Source: a virus
Lineage: Duplodnaviria > Heunggongvirae > Uroviricota > Caudoviricetes
Strand: one strand, 5' to 3'
Length of the DNA stretch: 34,990 nt
Virus record (IMG/VR): IMGVR_UViG_3300008259_000020
Span: 1 to 34,990 of that record
Below are positions 7,908 through 16,693 of the stretch, piece after piece (the first letter of the stretch is position 1; the number at the start of each line of letters is the position of its first letter). The translations under genes were made by a program, and so were the position numbers. Below the pieces are notes generated by a model. It ran no database searches. It was given only the letters and a program-made list of their open reading frames with translations, and was not told where the DNA came from.

Positions 7908-10574
7908 TTAACTCCAATCAAAAAGTGAATTAAACGTAGTATTTTGTTTAGTGCTTTCTAAATCATAATCTAGAACGCCGATAAGATTGTCAAGTTTGTT
8001 ATCAATGATAACTTCTTCCATACTGTTATCATCAAATGGCAATTCTTTAAACCACTGCGGAAGTCTTAATTCGTCTACTGGATATGCTACACTAGTATAC
8101 CCAAGTGGATTTTGTCTTACCTTACAAACAATAACTTTCATGCCGTCCACAATCTCTTGACTGTATCTGTCGCCGTTCATGCGCTTTAGTGTATTCCAGT
8201 TAATGCTTGCACGAACGTGACCTGGCATATTTGCTTTTCCAAGTTTTGCTTCTTCTCGCTGATATGCTTGAATATTATTGGCACGTTTTGGCGAGCCTTT
8301 TTCATATCCAGGACGTTCTTTAAATGCACGTCTAAAGTTTGTAATAGCCTCGAGTATGTCACTTTCCGGTTTCTTTAACAACACCATAGTAAGCAATTCG
8401 CTGAGAAACTCTTGCATAAACACAGGAGTATCACTGCGCTTTAGATCAAGACCCATTGCTTTAATCTTACCAGGTTTGCCGTCGACGTCTTTGCGTTTGT
8501 TTTCTTCATCATATACAAGAACTGCATAACGTTTCTTGGTAATAAACAATCCAGTTTCGCCTACAATTTCACGTCCTGCTTTGATTACTTCTGCACGGTT
8601 CTTTGGGCAATGAAACGCACTGCCCATAAATTCGCCGAAGGTTTTATTTGCTTCTTCGGAAACTTGATCATACAATGTAATAACATTTTCTTTACTCCAT
8701 GGTATGTGTCCGTCGTTGATGTCTTTTTGCAGTGTAGAGAATGCACTAAAGTATACAGAGTCAGTATCACCGTAAATTATTGCCTTACCGACATGATCGT
8801 ATTCGCCAGTGATAATTTCATTTACTTTACTAGCCATGTGCTTGGCAATCTGTCTACCAGTTAGTGTAGTGCTTTGTCCAATGCGTTTGTCGAAAAACCT
8901 GCAACCTGGATTAAGAATAGCACCATACAAACTGTTAAGGTTAATCTTCTTAACCAACTGACGCTTGTCCCAGAACGAAATTTCAGTTTCGTTTCCTGCA
9001 TCCTTTGCTTTTTTAAGCATTGCCTGTAGTTCTTTACGTTCTTTGTACCAACGTGCCAGTAGTCCGGGAATAACAGATTCGAACTCATGTGTAAAGATAG
9101 TACCGTTAGCACTGATCATCCAAGGCATGTTGCTGTCAAACATTAGTTTATAAAGTTCAGCACCGCTTAACACGTCAGTACGACCATCTTCCCAATCAAC
9201 TGTGATGGTCTTGTCTCTGCGTTGTTCCATTACCCAAGTGTATTCAAATGTGCCAAACAGGCCTTCCCACGCTGCGGCAAATGATTTTTTATGCAGTGTC
9301 ATCTGCTCGTGGATATATTGATCAGTGTATTCTGGGCGTAACTGTCCAACAATACTTTCTGGAGCCATGTTTAATGCTCTAATTACTGAAGGATACAGAC
9401 TGTTCAAGTCCATACTTCCAACCCACTGATGCAATCCTTTTTTGGGATATGCAACATATGCACCTGCTGCTTGTGTGTTGCCGCCGTGGTCACGTCTATT
9501 CGGAACCTGCATACCTCTACGGTGTGCTTCGTTGATAATTGCTTGTTCTGTAACAGCAACCGCACCCATAATAGTTTGCAACAGAACAGTGTTGTCGTGA
9601 GCAATCTCATTTGCTAGATCAATAAAGCGTAGTTTTTTGTCTAGTTTATCAAGTAGTGCAACGTCCTGTCTGTTATATTCTATAAAGGTTCTAAAGTCGT
9701 TATTGTAAAGTTGATCTAGTGTGCCTTCGTATTGTGTCTTGCGTTCATCTAGTTCGTACTCGCCAATTGCATCAAGTCTATAACTATGACGTTCTTCGTA
9801 AGTGTACTTACGATACAATTCTAGAGAGTCAATATGTACACGACCTACAAAGTCAAATGTCTCAGAAGTCTTGCCGTACTTTTCGTATTCGCGCTTCTTG
9901 GGATATTGATCCCATAAGCAAAAACGTCTAGTATCGTTTTTACTCAACACTCTAGCAACTCTATTGACAGTGTACGGAACGTCATATCCTTCACTGTTCC
10001 AACCACTTAGAATATCTGCATCTTGTATCAAGTCAAGAAATGTATCCAACATGTCTGCTTCTTTTTCAAAAAGAATACAGTTCTCGCCCCACTCTACACA
10101 ATGTTCACGGGCTTGCTCCATTGTTAGTGTCTTTGGTGGAACTGCTAGTGTTATAAGTGCATCCACCCACTGTAAACAAACAGTGATTGCAGTAATTGGC
10201 ATAAACGGATCGCTAGTAGGAGCAAATCCACGTTCTGGATCAAAGTCGGTCTCGATATCCCAAAATGCTACGTTTAGTTTAGGAGCATCTTGATTTTCGT
10301 AGTTTTCACTTAGACACTGAAAGATAGGATTAATATCGCTTTCAAACAGATTCTTATTTTTATTAATTGCTAATTCTTTTCTGTAGTCTTTGGTATTTTT
10401 ACAAACAATGCGACTTAGCGGATCGCCATATACACTTTTATACTTTCCTTTAGGATCTTCGTAATAGAAAGTATACTTTACTGGATACTCTTGTTGTATT
10501 CGTTTTCCGTCTTTACGTTCAATAACTCTAATAATATCAGAGTCTCTGTCAAACATTGCGTCGACATATGGCAT
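7908..10574 (-). CDS. family B DNA polymerase (T4 gp43-like)
   Basis: ExoI DIETD, ExoII WNSEGYD, and polymerase motifs DLNSLYPS, KINLNSLYG and YGDTDS. Uninterrupted 888 aa. Confidence 0.97.
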   Translation of the reverse strand: MPYVDAMFDRDSDIIRVIERKDGKRIQQEYPVKYTFYYEDPKGKYKSVYGDPLSRIVCKNTKDYRKELAINKNKNLFESDINPIFQCLSENYENQDAPKLNVAFWDIETDFDPERGFAPTSDPFMPITAITVCLQWVDALITLAVPPKTLTMEQAREHCVEWGENCILFEKEADMLDTFLDLIQDADILSGWNSEGYDVPYTVNRVARVLSKNDTRRFCLWDQYPKKREYEKYGKTSETFDFVGRVHIDSLELYRKYTYEERHSYRLDAIGEYELDERKTQYEGTLDQLYNNDFRTFIEYNRQDVALLDKLDKKLRFIDLANEIAHDNTVLLQTIMGAVAVTEQAIINEAHRRGMQVPNRRDHGGNTQAAGAYVAYPKKGLHQWVGSMDLNSLYPSVIRALNMAPESIVGQLRPEYTDQYIHEQMTLHKKSFAAAWEGLFGTFEYTWVMEQRRDKTITVDWEDGRTDVLSGAELYKLMFDSNMPWMISANGTIFTHEFESVIPGLLARWYKERKELQAMLKKAKDAGNETEISFWDKRQLVKKINLNSLYGAILNPGCRFFDKRIGQSTTLTGRQIAKHMASKVNEIITGEYDHVGKAIIYGDTDSVYFSAFSTLQKDINDGHIPWSKENVITLYDQVSEEANKTFGEFMGSAFHCPKNRAEVIKAGREIVGETGLFITKKRYAVLVYDEENKRKDVDGKPGKIKAMGLDLKRSDTPVFMQEFLSELLTMVLLKKPESDILEAITNFRRAFKERPGYEKGSPKRANNIQAYQREEAKLGKANMPGHVRASINWNTLKRMNGDRYSQEIVDGMKVIVCKVRQNPLGYTSVAYPVDELRLPQWFKELPFDDNSMEEVIIDNKLDNLIGVLDYDLESTKQNTTFNSLFDWS

Positions 10575-10641
10575 TCATTTCTCCTTGTTGCTTCTTGGCC
10601 AACTAACCATCTACTTGCTCTTAAGTGAGCGACTCTATTCA

Positions 10642-10875
10642 TTACTTATTGTGTTTTAACATGTACAGTGTAATTTTAGGATCATCTACTACTAGTAAAT
10701 CGCTTGGGTATTTCCTATCAGGCCATGATCGTCCTACTGCTACAACATTAATCATTTTAGGATTAACTTTTTTAACTACTGCTATTTTAAGCCTGCTATG
10801 GTCGGGGTACACCACAGTGTCCCCGACATTAATGCTGTTTCCTAAAATATCTTTATGTATTATTTCCTCAGTCAT
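10642..10875 (-). CDS. small hypothetical protein (KOW/SH3-like)
   Basis: DILGNSINVGDTVVY pattern. Start moved to ATG 10875. Confidence 0.55.
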   Translation of the reverse strand: MTEEIIHKDILGNSINVGDTVVYPDHSRLKIAVVKKVNPKMINVVAVGRSWPDRKYPSDLLVVDDPKITLYMLKHNK

Positions 10876-11134
10876 CTTTATCATAACCGAGAGTAGCAAC
10901 AATAGTTTCGAGATCTTCGAATTCGTCTGTGTGACGTGTCCAATCTCTTTTCATTGCAACTTTGATTGCTTTGTTAATCAAACTTGGTTTGACATTAAGT
11001 TCTTCTGCAACACTTTTAATAGTGTCTTTTAAGCCACCTTGCAAGTCGGCAATTTCTTGTAGGACGCTAACACCTTCCTTAACAAGACGATCCAATTTTG
11101 CTTTTTCTTCAGGCCCGTAGACTCTGTCACTCAT
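10868..11134 (-). CDS. T4 DsbA-like small dsDNA-binding protein
   Basis: 88 aa helical protein (LKDTIKSVAEELNVKPSLINKAIKVAMK) similar in pattern to T4 DsbA. AAGGAG SD before ATG 11134. Confidence 0.5.
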   Translation of the reverse strand: MSDRVYGPEEKAKLDRLVKEGVSVLQEIADLQGGLKDTIKSVAEELNVKPSLINKAIKVAMKRDWTRHTDEFEDLETIVATLGYDKDD

Positions 11135-11153
11135 GTAATACTCCTTTTTTAAA

Positions 11154-11182
11154 ACTTTAACAATAAATTGCTTGTTTGTCAA
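11154..11182 (-). promoter_or_regulatory. sigma70-like promoter TTGACA-N17-TAAAGT with extended TG
   Basis: 17-nt spacing and TGn before the -10 box. Confidence 0.65.
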
Positions 11183-11186
11183 CAGG

Positions 11187-11783
11187 TTATTTTACAAATG
11201 CACCTATTCTTCCGTGTACATCTGGATATTCTTTATAGGTATATCCTTCGGGAGGCTCTGTGCTTTCGCCCTCCCACACTGGTATAAAATGAACAATATT
11301 GTTTTCAAAATCTTGATTATGTCTAAAATGAACTTCTATTAGTTTGCCGCCAATGTATTCGCAGTTAATCCATTCATACTTTTCTACAAACGGTTTTAGT
11401 ACATTAGGTAATCTTATTCTGTCAGCAACACGAACCCAATGTTCCCAACGTGTAAATGTTGTGTCAGGTTTATGTCCTTCTACTGCTAAAACTTGTTTTC
11501 CTTGATAGTAGTCTATACTTAGATGTCTACCTTCAAACCATTCACACCAAAAATGTCCTACAGGTAAGTGAGTGGTATCACGTTCTAGATAAACTTTTTG
11601 TGTACCTAGTCCTAACCCTTGCATATTAACACAAGGCCGTACAATATAATGGCCCGGTAAAGTTACATCTAAACCTACCGGGCCGCAATTATAATCGAGT
11701 TTTTTTGAAAGTATAAGTTTATCTAGAACCCACATATCGTCCGGATCAATTGTTTTCCAAACTAGATTTTCTGCGTATTCCAT
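11187..11783 (-). CDS. divergent ATP-grasp-like protein
   Basis: YIVRPCVNMQGLGLG, FWCEWFEGRHLSID and INCEYIGGKLIEVHFR align in order with the ATP-grasp VxKP-G-G, EEFIEG-E and E-x-IE-x-N-x-R motifs. Confidence 0.5.
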   Translation of the reverse strand: MEYAENLVWKTIDPDDMWVLDKLILSKKLDYNCGPVGLDVTLPGHYIVRPCVNMQGLGLGTQKVYLERDTTHLPVGHFWCEWFEGRHLSIDYYQGKQVLAVEGHKPDTTFTRWEHWVRVADRIRLPNVLKPFVEKYEWINCEYIGGKLIEVHFRHNQDFENNIVHFIPVWEGESTEPPEGYTYKEYPDVHGRIGAFVK

Positions 11784-11785
11784 TT

Positions 11786-12511
11786 TTACTTTTTAACGTG
11801 TTCGGGTTTACCTTTGTGCTTGGTTTTAGCATAGTCTTTTGCGTCTGCTTTGCTCATGCCTTTAGCAGCCTTTGCTACTTCTTTACTAGCAGGCTTTTCG
11901 CCCGATTTTGCAGCGTAAACCATGCCCATAAACTTTTGTTGTGCTTTTGACTTGGCTTTTTCCAGCAACGACTTGTATGCTGTTGCTTCTGATTCTTTCA
12001 TTTTTAAAGTTTTTGATTCAGCAGTAATAGGACTCATTACTTTTTCATCATACTCTAGTGCATGATATACACTGCCGATATAGTCTGCTGCTTTGGTAAT
12101 CTTGCTTTGCTGCCAACCTTCGAGGCCTTCTGCTTCACTGATGTTTTTTAGCAATTCGTGTAGTTTAATTGCATACTTTGCAATTTTATAAAGTTCAGCA
12201 CGAGCCATTTGTACTTCGTGATCTTGTTCTGCTGCACCAGCAAGTTCAGCAAGACCTTCAATTAGTTTAGATTCTGCCATAGCAGGCTGTCCGGCCTTGT
12301 TTGCTCTTGCTACAAGACCCTTGATAATTTCTGGAGACATTCCAGTTTTTTGTGAAAGTTCTGCCATGTTCTTAGCACCAAACGGTGTGCCAAAGTTTTC
12401 CAAATGATCTGCTAGTCTTGCCATTGCGTTAGCAATCATATCGTTTGGTTCTTTTACTGCTAGTTGTTGCAGTTTACGGCCTAGTGCAGCATACTTCATA
12501 TTTGGTTCCAT
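11786..12511 (-). CDS. putative internal head polyprotein (modular, basic C-terminal module)
   Basis: Modules separated by MAE|S, ISE|A, TAE|S and MKE|S. Lys/Ala-rich tail AKSKAQQKFMGMV...TKHKGKP. A late-type promoter lies upstream. Confidence 0.55.
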   Translation of the reverse strand: MEPNMKYAALGRKLQQLAVKEPNDMIANAMARLADHLENFGTPFGAKNMAELSQKTGMSPEIIKGLVARANKAGQPAMAESKLIEGLAELAGAAEQDHEVQMARAELYKIAKYAIKLHELLKNISEAEGLEGWQQSKITKAADYIGSVYHALEYDEKVMSPITAESKTLKMKESEATAYKSLLEKAKSKAQQKFMGMVYAAKSGEKPASKEVAKAAKGMSKADAKDYAKTKHKGKPEHVKK

Positions 12512-12534
12512 TGGTATCTCCGAGATCTTTTATA

Positions 12535-12542
12535 TATTTATC
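12535..12542 (-). promoter_or_regulatory. T4-late-like promoter GATAAATA
   Basis: One mismatch to T4 TATAAATA. Overlaps the upstream stop codon and precedes a GGAG SD. Confidence 0.55.
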
Positions 12543-13374
12543 GTTTAATTGTTTTACCGCCGAACAAACTTACATCTTTCATATCCAATGCGTTGTCAGT
12601 TGGCTTTTGCATTTTTACTTTTGTTTTACTGTTTGCAACAGTTGCTACACCGCCTGCACTAGTACCGCCTGCTGTAGCAGTTTCGGCAATTTCTTCAGTA
12701 AATTTCTTAGTAATTTTAATATCGTCACGTCCAAAGGCAGTTACAAATGCTTGGAATTCTTTTGGACCCATAACAAATTCGTTTGCGTTTGGTTTAAAGT
12801 ATTGCATCACACGATCGTTTCTACGTAGTGTGCTCATTAGTCTCGGACTGGTAACTGTAAAGTGTCTTGTAATCTTCTTTGCTGCTGGTTCAACTCGTGC
12901 GTCGGCACTACCCCATGATCCATCTGATCCTTTTTTCTTACCTTTTACAGTAATCTTATTGTCAACTTTGTCAGACTTTTCTTTTTCTTTATATTCTACT
13001 TTTACTTTACCATTACTGGCTTTTTCAATCTGTCCAAGAAATTCGCCAAAATACGAAAATCTGTTAGCCAGTCCTGGAGCATCGATGGATATTGTTACAC
13101 CACGTGCTGCTGTAAATGTTTTGTCGGCAAGCATTTTTTTAATTGCATTAACCAAATCTTCCTTGCTTTTAAGATTGTAAAACTTCCATTTAGCATCGGC
13201 AAATTTTAAATCTGCTGCACTTGGAACAAAACCTGCATAACCTACCAAGTATGGGTTGTCATCACCACCACCTGCTGCGGCAATTGGCTTCTTAATGCCA
13301 AATCTCATAAAGATATTGCCGGCTGTTTTTTCTTTTTCTACTCTGTCTAGTTCTACAATCTGATTAACTTGCAT
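12538..13374 (-). CDS. putative internal head protein (N-terminal MQVNQIVE tag)
   Basis: 278 aa. The N-terminal tag matches the cluster consensus, and the C-terminal module follows IAE|TATAGG. Confidence 0.6.
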   Translation of the reverse strand: MQVNQIVELDRVEKEKTAGNIFMRFGIKKPIAAAGGGDDNPYLVGYAGFVPSAADLKFADAKWKFYNLKSKEDLVNAIKKMLADKTFTAARGVTISIDAPGLANRFSYFGEFLGQIEKASNGKVKVEYKEKEKSDKVDNKITVKGKKKGSDGSWGSADARVEPAAKKITRHFTVTSPRLMSTLRRNDRVMQYFKPNANEFVMGPKEFQAFVTAFGRDDIKITKKFTEEIAETATAGGTSAGGVATVANSKTKVKMQKPTDNALDMKDVSLFGGKTIKR

Positions 13375-13376
13375 TG

Positions 13377-13544
13377 TTATCCACCTACTAATTTACCGCG
13401 CAATGGGTGTTTTTGTGTTGGTCCCATAGTGGGATGTACTTTTTTAGGCATAGGATCGGATCCTTTTGCTTGGTCTGGTTTTTTCTTTTCGCGACCAACA
13501 TCTACATTAAGTAAAGCAGTTTCTGTTATTTCAAAAACTTTCAT
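13377..13544 (-). CDS. small tagged protein MKVFEITE... (55 aa)
   Basis: Missed by the ORF track. Translates as MKVFEITETALLNVDVGREKKKPDQAKGSDPMPKKVHPTMGPTQKHPLRGKLVGG, has an AAGGA SD and an ATGA-type overlap upstream. Confidence 0.7.
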   Translation of the reverse strand: MKVFEITETALLNVDVGREKKKPDQAKGSDPMPKKVHPTMGPTQKHPLRGKLVGG

Positions 13545-13732
13545 TTTGCTTTCCTTAGACCTGCAATTTTTGCATTGATACCGTACTGTGCTAGTATTTG
13601 TTGTTTTGCTTCTTGAACATTACGTGCAGATACTTGAACAGGGATCCATTGACTATAGAACTTCTGTTGCACTTGTACGTTTGCAACAAAAATGGAAAAC
13701 ACCTGTGTATCTTTTAATTCACGTATTAGCAT
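13541..13732 (-). CDS. small hypothetical protein MLIRELKD... (63 aa)
   Basis: True start taken as M39 of the ORF-track call, 5 nt after AATAAATA. Confidence 0.6.
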   Translation of the reverse strand: MLIRELKDTQVFSIFVANVQVQQKFYSQWIPVQVSARNVQEAKQQILAQYGINAKIAGLRKAK

Positions 13733-13733
13733 A

Positions 13734-15680
13734 TTAATATTTATTCCAATCAAACGGTTTACGTTTTTTAGGAATTTCTTCAACTGCATGACCGCCCTGC
13801 ATTGCTGCCCATTCACGTAAACTATATTTAGGCTCAACGGATTCATTTGGGTTACTAGTCCAAAATGCCTTCCCTTGACTAGTTTGACTGGTACTAGGTT
13901 TAATATCGTTGCCCATACTTTTCACAAATTTGTACATTGCAGTAGCTATTCCGTTGCGTTGATATTCATCATTAACACGCAAATTGCCGGCTACCAAATA
14001 TGGATCAGCCTTTTTAAATCGTTTAAACAAACCAGAAGGTTCATCGTTTCCTATAACGATAAATCTCACATATCCAATAGACTTATTATCTATAAATGCT
14101 TCAACTTTTATTTGCGGAATCATATTACTAGGATAATGATTTGCAACTATTTTTACTTTGCCTATCTTAGTATCAACTACAGTTTCTTTATGAAAGTCTT
14201 TGTTTAATAATTCAGGATTTATGCTTTCAAAAAGTCCTATGTTAAACAAAACATTTGTGTTAGATTCATTTAGTTTAAAGAACGGACCTTGGATGATACT
14301 TTTGCTTTTTTCTTTTACTAATCCTCTATTGAGATTTTTCTTAAATTCATCTGTGATGTGTCTATTTCGCAGTCCTTGACTAAAGAACAAGTGCGTTTCT
14401 ACAGGATTGTTCCCGAACACCTTTGCTATTGCTGCCATGCGATTTCTGCCTTCATGCCCTACTACTCTAGCAGGCATAGAAAAATCACCATTTTCCCACG
14501 ATTCTGGTATTTCTATTCTAAGGAAAGGACTGCCGATAGTGCCGCCTTGTTCGAGATGTTGGGCTATTTTTTCAGAAGGTTCACCGTCTAATGGTGCTGC
14601 TAGATCTATAAAATGCTTAGGAGTCATAGTCACACGCAAACCTAAATAATCGACTTCTTGGTTGTTAGGAACAGCACCCCATCCATTTTTATTGTCAATT
14701 ATATCTACATTGGTATTGACACCTTTTACAATACGATCGTCTTCTTTAAAAAACTCATTTTCTCTTATTGTAAGACGACCTTGCTTTGTTAAAAATTCTT
14801 GATATTTTGGATCAGAGTGTTTCATTACAAAATTTATAGAACTATCTTTGTTAAAATCGTTGAACGTATAAAAATTGGTACTTGGCCCAATAAACTGATA
14901 TTCGTCGAAAGTTTTGTGATAAATTACAGAATCAATTCTTCTAAAAAATAATCCTCGGCCGTATCTAGATTGAGAAAATTTGTCAACTACGTAATATCGT
15001 TTTTCTATTTTAACAATATCGTTTATTTCAATATCTTCTCGCCAGTTTTCTGTATTTTCTTTGACTTGTTTCTTACTCTTGCTGTCTTCATAAACTGGAT
15101 TGTTATTGTTTAACTTTGATTCTTTATAGTACGGATTTTTTGGATCAGTGTCTCCGGTAACATCTGGCCACCAATCTAACTCGAAACGTTTTCCATCAGC
15201 AAACATCTTCTTCATTGACTTGATGCGCTTTTCATATTCGGCTTTCGAAGGTTTAACATTGTTTTCAACAACGTCAAGCACATATTGTATAGTAACTGCA
15301 TTGGCACTTAAACTTGCACATCTTGCACCCACTTCACCTTTTAGATGATCTATTAAAATACTTTCGCTGCTTTTTGCCAAGTCGTCGGAAAGATCATGCG
15401 GTACTCTCAAGTCAACATAGGAATAAACATAATCGTAGTGTGGTAGTGGTGACGAGTGTAGAATGTATTCGTCCAACACTTCGATTCTTTTAAATCCGTC
15501 TTTGTTATACCAAATTGCTCGTTTATGTGTTAATTCATCTGGATTTTTAAAAAACTTTACCAGTTGTTTTACATATCCGGCAGGTTCGTCATTTTTCCAT
15601 TGAGATAAAACATTTAAAGATTCAGCAACTTTTTTTCCACGCTTATCGTTTACTTCAAACAGATCTTGTATTTTCATCAT
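13734..15680 (-). CDS. polyvalent putative virion protein: unknown domain + ParB/Srx-like domain + GNAT acetyltransferase
   Basis: MKIQDLFE tag. HEGRNR in a ParB-like context. V-NDEYQRNGIATAMY matches GNAT motif A. Domains are bounded by xxE|[SN] sites. Confidence 0.65.
   Translation of the reverse strand: MMKIQDLFEVNDKRGKKVAESLNVLSQWKNDEPAGYVKQLVKFFKNPDELTHKRAIWYNKDGFKRIEVLDEYILHSSPLPHYDYVYSYVDLRVPHDLSDDLAKSSESILIDHLKGEVGARCASLSANAVTIQYVLDVVENNVKPSKAEYEKRIKSMKKMFADGKRFELDWWPDVTGDTDPKNPYYKESKLNNNNPVYEDSKSKKQVKENTENWREDIEINDIVKIEKRYYVVDKFSQSRYGRGLFFRRIDSVIYHKTFDEYQFIGPSTNFYTFNDFNKDSSINFVMKHSDPKYQEFLTKQGRLTIRENEFFKEDDRIVKGVNTNVDIIDNKNGWGAVPNNQEVDYLGLRVTMTPKHFIDLAAPLDGEPSEKIAQHLEQGGTIGSPFLRIEIPESWENGDFSMPARVVGHEGRNRMAAIAKVFGNNPVETHLFFSQGLRNRHITDEFKKNLNRGLVKEKSKSIIQGPFFKLNESNTNVLFNIGLFESINPELLNKDFHKETVVDTKIGKVKIVANHYPSNMIPQIKVEAFIDNKSIGYVRFIVIGNDEPSGLFKRFKKADPYLVAGNLRVNDEYQRNGIATAMYKFVKSMGNDIKPSTSQTSQGKAFWTSNPNESVEPKYSLREWAAMQGGHAVEEIPKKRKPFDWNKY
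13738..13745 (-). promoter_or_regulatory. T4-late-like promoter AATAAATA
   Basis: Encoded by the last codons (N-K-Y) of the upstream gene. 5 nt upstream of ATG with no SD. Confidence 0.5.
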
Positions 15681-16063
15681 ACACCATACTTGTTGCGTTT
15701 TGGTTTGGCAACTGGACTGTTTTTATTTGTACTGTCCATTTCTTTACTTTTTGTATCGCCGTTGTTTAAATCTTTATAATTTAAACCAATTACTTTATAA
15801 CTTTGTTTAAGCATTTCGGCTTCGACTTCTGTGTACGGGTGTGCAGTTTTTTTCTTGCCTATCCAACTCATTGAATCCATATCTGGCGGAGTTTTTCCAT
15901 CAGAACTTGCAAGGGCCATCATCAATCTGTACTGTCCGTAGTCACTACCAAATGTTCCTAAATTCGGACCATCATCATATGTATGCAAACCTGCGGTTGA
16001 CTCTTGTTCTCGTTTTGATAGTTTACTTCCGGCGGCTTCACTGATTATATCATGTATTTTCAT
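15677..16063 (-). CDS. tagged hypothetical protein, paralog of 16065..16472
   Basis: MKIHDIISE tag, QYR...YT-E-E core and a KPKRNKYGV end. Confidence 0.7.
   Translation of the reverse strand: MKIHDIISEAAGSKLSKREQESTAGLHTYDDGPNLGTFGSDYGQYRLMMALASSDGKTPPDMDSMSWIGKKKTAHPYTEVEAEMLKQSYKVIGLNYKDLNNGDTKSKEMDSTNKNSPVAKPKRNKYGV
15687..15706. repeat. 20-nt direct repeat, copy 1 (tacttgttgcgttttggttt)
   Basis: Identical to 16075..16094. Encodes KPKRNKY at the end of both paralogs. Confidence 0.8.
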
Positions 16064-16064
16064 G

Positions 16065-16472
16065 TTAAACTCCGTACTTGTTGCGTTTTGGTTTTGAAAC
16101 CGGGCTTGACTTATTTACGTCCGTGGTTTCTGTGCTTTTACTACTGGTGATTTGCACTGGTGTAACACCCATCAATCTTGAGGCCAAAGTAACAATTTCT
16201 TCTTCTTCTTTGGTGTACGCAACCTGTGTTAAATTTTCTGCATATTCAGATTCTTGCTCAAAGTCGTCATTGGTTAAATGACCATCTGCCATTGCTTTTG
16301 CGGCTGCAACTGCAACACCGTATCTGTACTGCATGTAAGGATCTGTATTTCTAAGTTGCTTTTGTATAAAGGTAGCAGGCATAGGATCTGTAATTCTAGC
16401 AGGAAGTTTTCTAGACTTGCCAGTAAGTTTTGGTTCGCGCTGTTGTTCGTTAATAATGTCTCTAATTTTCAT
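16065..16472 (-). CDS. tagged hypothetical protein, paralog of 15677..16063
   Basis: MKIRDIINE tag, QYR...YT-EEE core and a KPKRNKYGV end. Confidence 0.7.
   Translation of the reverse strand: MKIRDIINEQQREPKLTGKSRKLPARITDPMPATFIQKQLRNTDPYMQYRYGVAVAAAKAMADGHLTNDDFEQESEYAENLTQVAYTKEEEEIVTLASRLMGVTPVQITSSKSTETTDVNKSSPVSKPKRNKYGV
16075..16094. repeat. 20-nt direct repeat, copy 2
   Basis: Identical to 15687..15706. Confidence 0.8.
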
Positions 16473-16693
16473 TTTTTCTTACGCCCTCTAAAACCCGGCT
16501 TTGTATTTAGCGCACCTGTCATGTGTGGAAGATTAAACCATAATTCAAACCATTCTTTATCACCAGGCTTGATATTTTTTTCTCGTTCTATACGACGTTT
16601 TTCTGTTCCGGTTACAGAGATGTTTTCGTTGTAAGGAGTATATCCTTTAAACTCATTTATGCCTGCAAGACGTTTTAGATCATCGATATTCAT
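16469..16693 (-). CDS. small tagged protein (MNIDDLKRLAGINE...)
   Basis: 74 aa with INE|F and YNE|N sites and a basic C-terminus. Confidence 0.65.
   Translation of the reverse strand: MNIDDLKRLAGINEFKGYTPYNENISVTGTEKRRIEREKNIKPGDKEWFELWFNLPHMTGALNTKPGFRGRKKK

Noticed and set aside
7908-10574. Possible intein or intron in the DNA polymerase, and likewise in thyA
   Set aside because: Both genes are uninterrupted with normal lengths and motif spacing.
10575-10641. Possible autoregulatory operator hairpin upstream of the polymerase, as in T4 gene 43
   Set aside because: Only 4-bp stems (GCTC/GAGC, GTTG/CAAC) are visible, too weak to support.
15687-16094. 20-nt direct repeat as CRISPR or attachment site
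   Set aside because: Only two copies, about 390 nt apart, both coding for the same C-terminal peptide of paralogous genes.
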